From: Carpediemonas membranifera BICM
Lineage: Eukaryota > Protista > Fornicata
DNA length: 64,000 bases
Assembly: GCA_019828565.1 (NCBI GenBank)
Contig: JAHDYR010000024.1
Coordinates: forward strand, 70,534 to 134,533
Reading direction: 5' to 3'
Each line of letters starts with the position of its first letter. Position 1 is the first letter of the stretch. The notes under the pieces were generated by a model. That model saw only the letters and a list, made by a program, of their open reading frames with translations, was not told the origin of the DNA and searched no databases. This document shows, in pieces, positions 21,825 to 31,589 of the stretch. The position numbers and the translations under genes are program-made.

Positions 21825-23159
21825 ATGGAGAACCTTGTGCATGATTTGGACGCACTGATCGCTGATCTTGCTGGCAATGACGGCAATCTGCCCGTTGCTG
21901 AACGTCTCCGCGCTCTGAAGCGCAAACACCAGTCCGTGCTCGTGCCGGACAGCACCGATATGCCCCAGAGACGTGCTCGTCCCGAGGAATCTTCCTCAGC
22001 ACCCATTGTTGAGCCGTCATCGCCACAGGACGTCGTCATCGAGGTTCCTGCGGCTCGCGCGATCACCCGCCGGCACCCACCTGAGGATATCCGCCGCGTA
22101 ACGGGTGTTGTCGTCGACGATGAAGGTACGCGTCGCACCTTGACCGGACGCGTCGTGGCTGTCGCCACTTGTTCTGCCCAAGCTGGTCATGCTGTCAGCA
22201 CGGTTGAGGCCGCCCAGCGCCGGACCTCCAACCGCCCCGTCACCCGCCAGGTGCTCCGCGGGCACCTCCAAGGACCTCATCGGGCGGACCTGGCGGAGCG
22301 GGAAGCCCGTTTCCAGACCGTAATCGCTTCGGTCTCTGGTCGCGTCTCGAACTGCTTCGAGCTGCCCCTCCAGGGCATGCTATCCCGTCTGAGGACCGGC
22401 CAGGTCTTCAGCGCTGGCGATGAGGCTGGGGACCTCATGACGCGTCAGTCCCTCTTGCTCCTGACGGACTTCGTCACCGACGCCGTCGTGGGCCGTGCAC
22501 TGCGGTCCCACTTTGAGATCGACTCACCTGCCGATGTTGCCCTCGCCGAGGCTCTGCTCGCCTCTGACGGTGTCACGTCCGGCTGTTTCTCCCGATCTAC
22601 GGTCGACGTCGTGGTAGCGACCCTGACCCGCATCACTCCCGATCTCGCTGATCGCCAGCCATCCTATCTCCGAACCCTGGCGAACCAGTCCCTGATGCGG
22701 ATCATCATGATCTCTTCGCACCCTTCCTTGTACTGCTGTTGGATGGTGGCCCAGGCCCGTCGCGTCGACCGTCTGTCTGCTCACGAGGCGACACGGTTTG
22801 TGACGGACTACTACGCCCTGCTCACAAACGATCGCATCGCACGGATCGAGACCACGATCAGCGCTGCCGAGCTCGTGCCGCAGGTGTCTGACCCGTCACT
22901 CGACTATGTGATCGTCGAGTGCCTCAGGCACATTGAGCTGTACAACGAACAGTTCCGCGAAAGCTTCACCCTTGTGGTTAAGTATCAGAATTACGCCGTG
23001 CCTGGACTCACTCAGCTCACGCAATCCATGTGCACTTGCCTCCCGATCACCAACTACCTCACCAATGCCCGTCTTTGGCCGCGTGTTCGCCCTGAGTGGC
23101 ACCCTGAGCTGCTCCTGGCCCGGCTGCGCGAGTCTGCTGGTGCGATCGACGAAGAATAA
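21825..23159 (+). CDS. Antisense accessory ORF of Gypsy-B copy 1 (444 aa, chromodomain-like C-terminus)
   Basis: Intact in both B copies; homologous to the Gypsy-A antisense ORF. Confidence 0.8.
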   Translation: MENLVHDLDALIADLAGNDGNLPVAERLRALKRKHQSVLVPDSTDMPQRRARPEESSSAPIVEPSSPQDVVIEVPAARAITRRHPPEDIRRVTGVVVDDEGTRRTLTGRVVAVATCSAQAGHAVSTVEAAQRRTSNRPVTRQVLRGHLQGPHRADLAEREARFQTVIASVSGRVSNCFELPLQGMLSRLRTGQVFSAGDEAGDLMTRQSLLLLTDFVTDAVVGRALRSHFEIDSPADVALAEALLASDGVTSGCFSRSTVDVVVATLTRITPDLADRQPSYLRTLANQSLMRIIMISSHPSLYCCWMVAQARRVDRLSAHEATRFVTDYYALLTNDRIARIETTISAAELVPQVSDPSLDYVIVECLRHIELYNEQFRESFTLVVKYQNYAVPGLTQLTQSMCTCLPITNYLTNARLWPRVRPEWHPELLLARLRESAGAIDEE

Positions 23160-23211
23160 ATTCTGTTGGCTGCCTTACCTGCCTTTTTACAGGTACGTAT
23201 AAGTGGTAGGC

Positions 23212-26200
23212 TTATGCTTTTCCGAGAAATATATCTAACGCTTCGCAGTCCTTGACGTTCTCGTAAGGCTCCCAAGTGTCCTCGCATGGCTCATACCCTT
23301 TCCAGTGCACGTGGAACTTCCTATTCTTGATCGACTTCTCATTGGATGAATCGTAAATGCACTCGACAACGTACTCGGCATCAGTGGTCGCTGCCAGGGC
23401 CTGTGCTGAGTCGCGTGACAAGTCACCCTCGAAAGACCTCACGCGCTCGGATGCTACCCTGAACTCCTTACCCGAGTTCACGTCTCTCACATTGTATGCT
23501 ACCGGTAAGTTGTCGACGATAACCGGGCTCACTAGCTGCATTGGGCCTCGCCAACCTGCCGCAAGCTTGGAAGGTGGCTTAGTCGGATACTTCACCAGCA
23601 CCCACTCTGAATCAATAACCGGCGGGGACCCAACCCGGTTGCGCGCGTCCTCTTGCATGGCTCGGATGCGTGCCGCGGCCATCTGTCTCGCGAGTTTCAC
23701 CGCCTCGCCATTATCTGCCGGATAGTCCGCGCTGTCATCTTGGCTCGTGAAGACAATCTCACTCGGCACTCGCATGTCGCTTCCAAAGATAATCTCAGCC
23801 GGCGTGAGGTGATGGGCCGCTCTGGGTGTTGAGTTAACAATAAATTGTGCCACTGGTAAACAGTCGACCCAATCCTCGGTCTGGAGCTCATACTTCCTGG
23901 AGCGCAAGATTCGTTCGATTCGAGAGTTCGCCCGCTCTACAATCCCATTGGACTGCGGGTGATACGGAGTTGTGATATGGGTCGAGAACCCGACTCGACC
24001 AGCAAGATCCTCGAACAAACGGTTTGCAAACTGGCGCCCTCCGTCTGACTGGAGAACTCTAGGCGCCCCGTACCGTAGTAGCCACGTATTCGTAAATGCT
24101 CTTACTGCTTCAAGGGCCTTCGTAGTCCGTAGGGGTACCAGCTCTGTCCACCTTGAGGCCGTGTCAACCATTACCAAGATATAGCTGAAACCGTTGACCT
24201 CTGGTAGCGGGCCAATCGTGTCAATCGCTACCTTATCAAACGGAGTTACACTCGCTGTGTGCAAGTACGACCGCTTGGCGTCCTCTGGCTTCGCCGTGAG
24301 CTGACAGACTGGGCACTTGTTAATTACCTCTGCGACTTGGTCAATGGGGGCTCGCTTCCCTCTCGCCTTCAACAGCTCGACTGTCGTATAAAGGGGGAGA
24401 TGGGCTTGACCGTGGAGGTGAGCGTCATGGATCTCATTCTCTGTCGCGGTCGGGGTCTTGGACGCAGCAAAGACTCTGCTCAATCCATCCGCTGCTCCAT
24501 TATCTACTCCAGGGACGTGTCGTATTGTGAAGGGGAGGTCTGCGATCGATTCATACCACCTTTGGACCTTAGCGTTTGATGAACGGGCCATATAAATGAG
24601 ATTACGGTGGTCGGTCAGCAGCGTGAAAGGGGTCCAGACCAGGAAACGGCGCCAGCGTTGAAGCGCGGAGACGATAGCATATGCCTCCTGTTCTATCGTG
24701 CTCCATCTTGTCTGCACATCGGTGAAGGCCTTCGACATATAACTGACAGGCTTGCCATCCTGCAGGAGGACACCTCCGATCCCTACGTCCGACGCGTCGG
24801 TCATCACCACGTGGCGCTTTGTCACGTCGAAGTGTTGTAAGATGGGTGCGGAACACAGTAGATCCTTCACCAGGGCCAAGGCTTTGGTCTGCTCTGGGGT
24901 GCCTAGCCCAATCTTACCGGCTGCTGCGAGTGCCAATGGTCGCGTGACCATGGAAAAGTGTGGCACGAAGTCACGGACGAAGTTCAGAAATCCCATGAGT
25001 GCCTGGGCCGCCTTTCGGGACTTGGGTAGCTTGAGCTCTTGGATGTCATGTACCCGGTCGGCAGCAATACCGTAGCCCTCACCTGAAACTGTCCAGCCAA
25101 GGAACTCGACTGTAGACTGGCCGAAATGTGACTTCTCGGCATTGAGGCGAAGATTCAGTTCATCCGCTCGCTTGAGGACCTTCGTCAGGTTGACGATATA
25201 CTCTGCCTCTGTTCTTCCGAAGACTACGATGTCATCGATATAAATCAGGCAACTGGCTCCTAGTAAATCTGCGAACGCCCGCTCCATCGAGTACTGAAAG
25301 TGAGCACCCGCGTTCTTCAAACCAAACGGCATGCCCGTATACTGGAACTTGCCCCTCGGCGTATTGAACGCCGTGTACTGGCGCGAACGTTCGGACATCT
25401 GAATCTGGTGGTACCCTGCCGATAAATCTAGGGTGGCGAACACCTTGGATGCGCCTAACTTCGCTAAACACGTCTGTATCTCAGGGATAGGGTACTCGAA
25501 CGGCTCCGTCTCGTCGTTGATCTTGCGGAAATCCACGACCATGCGTGTCTTGTCCGGACCCTTCGGAACCAGGAGCACCGGCGAAGCATATGGGCTGAAA
25601 GACTGCTCGACGTACTTCTTCTCGATTAGCTCGGCGAGATGTTGGTCGAATAAGTGCTCGCGCTGGTATGGGACGTAGTTAGACCGTGACGCGATCACCC
25701 TGTCCGACTTGAGCACAAGGTCATATGGTTCTAGATTGCTGAAACCTTGCCGGTCGTGGAAACAGTGGTCATAGCGGGCCAATATCCGACTCTGCTTATC
25801 GTTCATATCCGCTCGCAAATTGTAGAGTCGTCTCTCAAGACGCTCGAGTGTCGATGGGAGCTGGGCGTCCTCTTCGATCGACGAGTCGCTCGACCTAGCT
25901 CCAACATGTGGAAGAATGCCCCAGTCCACCATGACTGCATAGTTCAAGAGCATGTCATACTCCATCTCAACTGCATACGCGGTCACCGTCGCCTCGACGC
26001 CCTTCGGGGTCATCGGCGACTTGTCCATGATTACTGGGACCTCATAGGTCGTGTCTGTCTGGATTCTGCCTCCGGGTGACTTGATGTGTATCGGGCTGGC
26101 TAGCTTCGTCGCGTTCAGTCCCGCTTCCTGAGCTGAGGCGGGGTTAACGAGCGGGATGTCCGCACCACAATCGAATAGTATGCGCCCCCATGCGCAGCCG

Positions 26201-27201
26201 TCCACTGCACCCGATACCACAGGCAATGATGGAGTTGTCTCGCCAGCCATAGTCCAAACGCGCGCCGGTGTCGAGTAATTGGTGTACTTACGGTCGTTTA
26301 CAGGAACTGGGCCTGTCGACCGGCAGAACTTGGCCATGTGGCCCAGCTTTCCACACTTTGCGCACTTGATCTTATCTCTCTAACAGTCCCGGGCGAAGTG
26401 ACCTTGCTTGCCGCAGTTCTGACACTGCTTACTGGCTCTGTCGGGCCGTCTCGTATCAGGCTGGAAACTGGAGTGGTTGTACGCGTGCGGTGGCTCAGGA
26501 GCTTGGCGTTGGAGGGGAGGCTGGTCAGGTCTTGCCTGTTGACGTTCTTGGCGGCCCGGACGGGCTCTGCTAGACTTGACGCGGCTTCCAGGATGTGTTA
26601 ACGACACTGGATGGAGGGATGCGTATGATTCAGAGATGAGACGAGCTTCCTCGAGCTTCTTGCAGATCATAAGAGAGGTAATGAAGGTCTCATCGAGCGA
26701 CATTCCTACTACGGCGTCTTTGACCTCCTCGCGGAGGAACTCGTCCAGGATTCCGTTCAGGAACATCTGGCGGATCGTAGCAGGCGCCAGATCAGGCTTG
26801 ATGATGCGGTACCTTGTACGGAACTTGTCCAAGTACTGTGTGAAGCGCCCCGAATGGACGCCCTTCACAGAGAGCTGGAATAGTTGGCGCTGTAGGATAG
26901 CTGATTGAGGTTTGATGGCGTCAACGACGGCCTGGAAAGCTAGGTCTTCCGCTCCGGACTTTTTCATACGGACTTGCGGTGCGCGAAAAATAAGGGAGGA
27001 TGATGTCTTCTGTCTCCTCGCGCGGCGGTACACCTGCTTAACATCAACACCCGATGAACTGCAGAATGTTAGAACTGCAGGGCCTAAGCGCTTAATGAGG
27101 CGGCGCTTTCCACCGGCCTGAACATGTCTCGTTAGCTTTTCGTGAAATGCCAGAATGGCACTAATGCTTGGCTCGTTCACTGACGGGCCGTTTTCAGTCA
27201 T
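23212..27201 (-). pseudogene. Gypsy-B copy 1 gag-pol with a single nonsense codon (AAG to TAG at 26380-26382)
   Basis: Gag CCHC, LFDCGA, YIDD, MTDAS, DDE integrase, chromodomain YVVECIYD...VHWKGY...TWEP; copy 2 has Lys at this codon. Confidence 0.93.
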
Positions 27202-27312
27202 TTGAAGTAATATTACTGTGGTTTGACTATACCTGTTTTACTGGGGGAAAAGACTTCGACACAGGGGTGTCGAAGTCAATCCATAAATGTTCTTAAATTG
27301 TACTGACTGACA

Positions 27313-27482
27313 GCTTCGCCAGCCTGCTGTCCGATAAGTAGTGGTACAGGACCGAGCATCCTGTGGGCTCTGCGCTTGCCCCCTTGCAGACGATACATCT
27401 GAAGGGCCTCGGCGAACGCGAAAACTTCGGCAACTGTCATACCTAACAGAGTCGGTGGACTCAAATCGGATTTCTCGACCAT
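27313..27482 (-). pseudogene. Gypsy-A gag N-terminus
   Basis: MVEKSDL...EVFAFAEALQMYRLQGGKRR, similar to the B and D gag starts. Confidence 0.85.
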
Positions 27483-27585
27483 TAAGGAAGGAATTAACGT
27501 TAATGTTGTCCCTAGAAGAGAACTGTTTAAATGAACTAATCAACCTCCGTTGACTTGACTATTATTGACTTGATCACATCAGCTC

Positions 27586-28053
27586 GGAGAGGGGGAAGAG
27601 GTAACCGCTCAGCTCGAACCCGATAGCTACGTGCTGCTCGAGCGCATCGGTCGTGTCGGCAAGCTACAACAGAAACTGCGCGGCCCGATGCTGCTGGTCG
27701 CCCCAGCCGAGCACCCCAACACGTTCACAATCCGCGACCTCAATACGAAGAAGGAGATGGTCGTCCACGCCGAGCGTTTGAGGAAGTTCTTAACCCATGC
27801 GCCCAGACACGAGGTCGAGGCCATGGCCGCCTGCGAAGGCGAATACTACGAGGTCGACTCGATCGTTGATCACCGCGTCGAGATGGTCAGACGCCACCCG
27901 GTCTTGAAGGTCCGCCTTCACTGGAGAGGCTACGAGGCAGCTGAGGACACGTGGCAACCGTTCGACAGCGAAATAGATGAGTTGGAGGCTCTCGACACGT
28001 ACCAAGAGCGAATGGGCGTGAAAGATGTCTTCGATGAGTTTAGAGTGTGGTAG
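27586..28053 (+). pseudogene. Gypsy-C integrase C-terminus (GPY/F-like motif) and chromodomain
   Basis: KLRGPMLLV; YYEVDSIVDHR...LHWRGYEAAEDTWQP. Confidence 0.9.
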
Positions 28054-28129
28054 CTGCGCTACAGGGGGGTAGTGTGGTGGTCAACACTGGTCAGATGAGC
28101 CTTTTGTCAGATTAAACCAAGCTTCACCG

Positions 28130-28603
28130 CTACAAGTCGTCATATCTCTCCAAGAAGGCGAGCACGGCCTTGCAGTCGAGCTGTGTAAGCTCGGTGGGGC
28201 ATCTGCGCCGCTCCTTGACCTGTACGATCCGAATTCTCTGGGCTGTCGCCGTATCGGAGGGTGAGGTTGGATCGATTGTGTAGGGGTCTGGCTTGTGCTC
28301 TTCCGCCCGATTGGCGGCTGTGAGGGAAGCGACTTGCTGAGTAAGGTTGCCTATCATGGCGTATAACTCTTGCAGCTCCGATACGTTCCGATCGGAACGC
28401 TGTTGTTCAGCTTGTTCCGTCATGTTTGTCGGGGAGCTCCTAGCTTCGTCAGGGATGCTTAAGGCAGGTATCTGGGCGTGCTGGTCACTAAATAACGTTA
28501 TTTGTGGTGTTCCCATGGGGTATGATGAAAGATTTGGATGTTCAGGTTTACATAAACTGCGGTCGAATCTAAAGATTATATCCGAGATTCGGTGGCGGTC
28601 ACA
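28130..28603 (-). mobile_element. Gypsy family E 5' fragment: LTR (28503-28603), palindrome and gag N-terminus
   Basis: TGTG...CACA segment with an internal hairpin; ORF MTEQAEQQ...CKAVLAFLERY resembles the other gag N-termini. Confidence 0.6.
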
Positions 28604-30860
28604 CGGACGCCACAGTGGTCAACCAACGGGCGTATGTACCGTGTGCGAGGGTGGTGCTGCCGCTCGTCTCACTGAGGCCGAGGAATGCCGTGGGCAGCCG
28701 ACTGACGGCGAACTGGGCCAGGGCCAGGGAGTCCATCGCCAGCGACTCTAAGTCGGGCAGCGCGGGGAGACGGTCGGCCTGGCCCCTGGAGCTGAGTATG
28801 GCGACGACCATGGACCAGACCCGCGCCATGGTCTCGGGGCTGGTGCACTCGTCCCCGCGCAGAGTGTTGAGGAGCTGGCGGATCCCGGCCATGTCTGAGT
28901 CGAGCCCCAGCACCCAGCACCCGAAGCCAATGACGGTCTCCCTGACGATAGAGAATAGCTCGGGCGACTGGAGGGCAGCGTCAAGCTTCTCGCGGTTGGA
29001 CTGGGCGAGAGGGCCGCTGGATAGGGATGTGTGGGCGTTCGGGGTGCGGGTCATGCTGAACTTGACGACATTGAGCACAGTCTCGGTTAGAGGGCGATAT
29101 TGGGCGTCCAGCGGAGAGACTCGGGTTTCTCCACGGTCGTGTCCGTAAATGAGACGAGGGCGGGCAGGGCGTCGACTGAAAAGAAGACATTGAAATGGGG
29201 AATCCCCTCGGGGTAGACCTGGGCCATACCGATAAGCGTCGTGCCACGACACATAGGGTCAACCCGAGCCCGGTCAAAACTGCGCAGCGCTATTAAACGG
29301 CGCAGGCATGGAACCCGCCCGAAGCAAACGACAGTGGTACAGCAGTGTCGGGATGGGCTGGGTCAAAGGCGACGAACTGGGCGGCGCCAGTGTCCAGCAT
29401 AGCAAAGGAGGAGACGGGCACGGCGTCCGTCTCGTCCGGCCGCCAGACACCGCTGCGAGCTTCCTTTCAAGTGATGTGGTAGAATCAGCGGACCGGCCCC
29501 TGGCCTGCATCAGCTACGGACAGATTAGCCGTCAGTCGCCGAACTAGTGAAGTGTTTGCTTCACGGGCGATGTCACGCATCGTCACGGTCAACCTGGACA
29601 GCGTATGGGCGATGTCGGCTGGGGCTATGGGGGTCTGGGGCTCGGGCAGCAGGGGCGGGACTCGGCGCCGGGGCTGGATCAGCTGGGCTGAGGCTGGGCC
29701 GGCGGGTACATGTTGTAGAAGCCGTGGTAGGTGGCGTGCTCAGAGAAGTAGCTGGCCACCTTGATCTGCTCATATATATATGGCAATTCGGACAGTTTGG
29801 ACGAAAATGACCCCCCATGGGTATGACTCCAATGGGGGCTCCACACCGCGGGCTGCCCTCCCGCATACACTCACCAACCGCCAGCTGCTGCTGGGTCGTC
29901 CAAGCGTATCATCTAGGCTCACTGTCCTAGGTCCATCTGATGTTGCGCGGCTGTCTCACACCGCCCGCGCGCTCCAAGCTTGAACCCGGGTTCCGCGCCG
30001 TCCAAGGTGGCGCGGATGTCTCGGTGTGCAGCAAGAGCCAGAGGCCAATGCATAGCCACGGGTCCGAAGACGCCGTGGCGCACAGCTTGGATTGTAACAT
30101 CATAAGATGGTGGCGGACTTACCTTGTTGCCGCTCCAGGGTCCCGTCGGCGCACCTGATTGATGTTGTTTAGTTCGGCACCGTGAAATGACCGAAACAGT
30201 GAAGAAGGAGGAATATGAATGAGTATGAATGATATGCACAAGATGAAAGTGCGCTAAAGTCCATAGAAGACCATTCTTTTGAGAAACGGTGATGGTCATC
30301 GCCGGTTCGTATGTTGCAAGAAAAAAAAGTGACACGTTCGCAGACCTGTAAACCGTTACAGTATTGTTGCCTGGCCACAAAGTGTATGTGCGGCCATTGA
30401 TGGCTCCGTTGTAGTCATATGTGAGATCTGAAGTCGAACGTCTCGCCCAGGCAGGCCAAGCCTATCTGGGGCTCAGCGTCCATGGTGAACCCGATGCAGT
30501 CGAGTTCGTTCAACACCACCGTCTTGCCCACACCGCCCAGCCCATGAGGAAGATCGTCTGCAGACACACGCTGCCCTGCTTGGTAGTGACGACGGAGCCA
30601 TGCGGGCCTCTGAGAAGGATGCACGCTGTGTGACGCTCATGAAGAAGCCATATTTCTCTGCTGAGCTCCGCCGTTATCTGATTTGCCAGCGCTGCGAGAA
30701 TGCAGAAGGCACAAAGGTCCTCGCTGGGGTGGCCGAGCTCGGTTTGTACGATAAACGCGCAGTCCCAGCCATCCTGCGAATCCAACAGGACCTCCGTTGA
30801 CTGTCGGTGGTCCGGGGCTGCGGATTCATCATAAGTCGGTCATGGACGCAAGTGATCATA

Positions 30861-31403
30861 TCATAATGGTTCTGTCGAGAGCTCAGGAGCAGCACTGCCT
30901 TCTGTGAGCTCAACAAGCAGCTGCCAGTCTGCAGGAGAGTTCAGCTTCACTGCCTCTTCAGTGCTAGTAATTGCTTCGTCACGCCGGTTGGTAGCGATGC
31001 AGGCATGCGCAAGGATCTGGTATGCATTAAAATTGTTCTTGTCAAGAGATATTGCCTTTCTAAAGCACGCAATGGCGTCAGTGAAACGCTTCTTGTTATA
31101 GAAGCCGACAGCGGCCCTGAACCACCCAAGAGAGGTATTCGGAACCATATAAAACTTCAATACAAGCCATTCCTCGACATTGGCAGGCTCAATCTCATGA
31201 TCCATCGTTTCTTCGTGATTTGGGGGCTTTGTATAATCTGCGTACACGTTCTCGACCACGCCTTCAATCAAGCTCAACTCGAAGCCGACCCGCTTGCTCG
31301 AGGAGGACCGCCAGCACCAGGAGTTCCAGAAAGAACTCAACAGGCTCAACGCGCAGCTCTCGGATATGATTCCGGTGTGCGAGAAGAGGTATAGCCGCGT
31401 CAT
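30861..31403 (-). CDS. TPR-repeat protein (5' end uncertain)
   Basis: WFRAAVGFYNKKRFTDAIACFRKAISLDKNNFNAYQILAHAC...RDEAI...EEAVKLN matches the TPR pattern. Confidence 0.75.
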   Translation of the reverse strand: MTRLYLFSHTGIISESCALSLLSSFWNSWCWRSSSSKRVGFELSLIEGVVENVYADYTKPPNHEETMDHEIEPANVEEWLVLKFYMVPNTSLGWFRAAVGFYNKKRFTDAIACFRKAISLDKNNFNAYQILAHACIATNRRDEAITSTEEAVKLNSPADWQLLVELTEGSAAPELSTEPL

Positions 31404-31440
31404 CAGCTACAAGGCACTCTCTGGGCCATTACGTCTGCTA

Positions 31441-31498
31441 AGAAAAAAAAGAAATTTATGGCTTGGCAACTGACCCCGAACTGAGCTTGCTTCCCGTT
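31441..31498 (-). repeat. Short copy of the non-LTR element 3' end found at 62690-62748
   Basis: GAAATTTATGG...TGACCCCG.ACTGAGCTTG.TTCCCGTT shared between the two sites. Confidence 0.7.
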
Positions 31499-31589
31499 AA
31501 ATACTTGTTACATAAAACCGTATACTTGTTACATCACCTTCAGCCATGCTTTGTCTGTGCAGTATCGTGATATTTACGAAAAAAGTCAA

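Larger units (their letters stand above)
20861..27312 (-). mobile_element. Gypsy family B chromovirus, copy 1
   Basis: Identical 96-bp LTRs at 20861-20956 and 27217-27312, GCTT TSD, PPT GGAGGGGCAG. Confidence 0.96.
14767..27581 (-). mobile_element. Gypsy family A chromovirus, full length, interrupted in gag by Gypsy-B copy 1
   Basis: Identical 78-bp LTRs at 14767-14844 and 27504-27581, GCTC TSD, PPT GGAGGGGTAG on the minus strand. Confidence 0.95.
13735..28093 (+). mobile_element. Gypsy family C (internally deleted chromovirus), host of the nested A and B insertions
   Basis: 21-bp LTR start TGTGGTGGTCAACACTGGTCA at 13735-13755 and 28073-28093; PPT AGGGGGGTAG; integrase split by element A and rejoins in frame; right end uncertain. 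Confidence 0.8.

Noticed and set aside
30160-30379. Possible solo LTR (TG...CA)
   Set aside because: No matching TSD, second copy, PPT or palindrome found
31501-31534. 13-bp direct repeat ATACTTGTTACAT; also (CAAGCAAT)3 near 15270 and (AGTCT)n near 8401
   Set aside because: Simple local duplications with no repeat-spacer array, so not CRISPR-like
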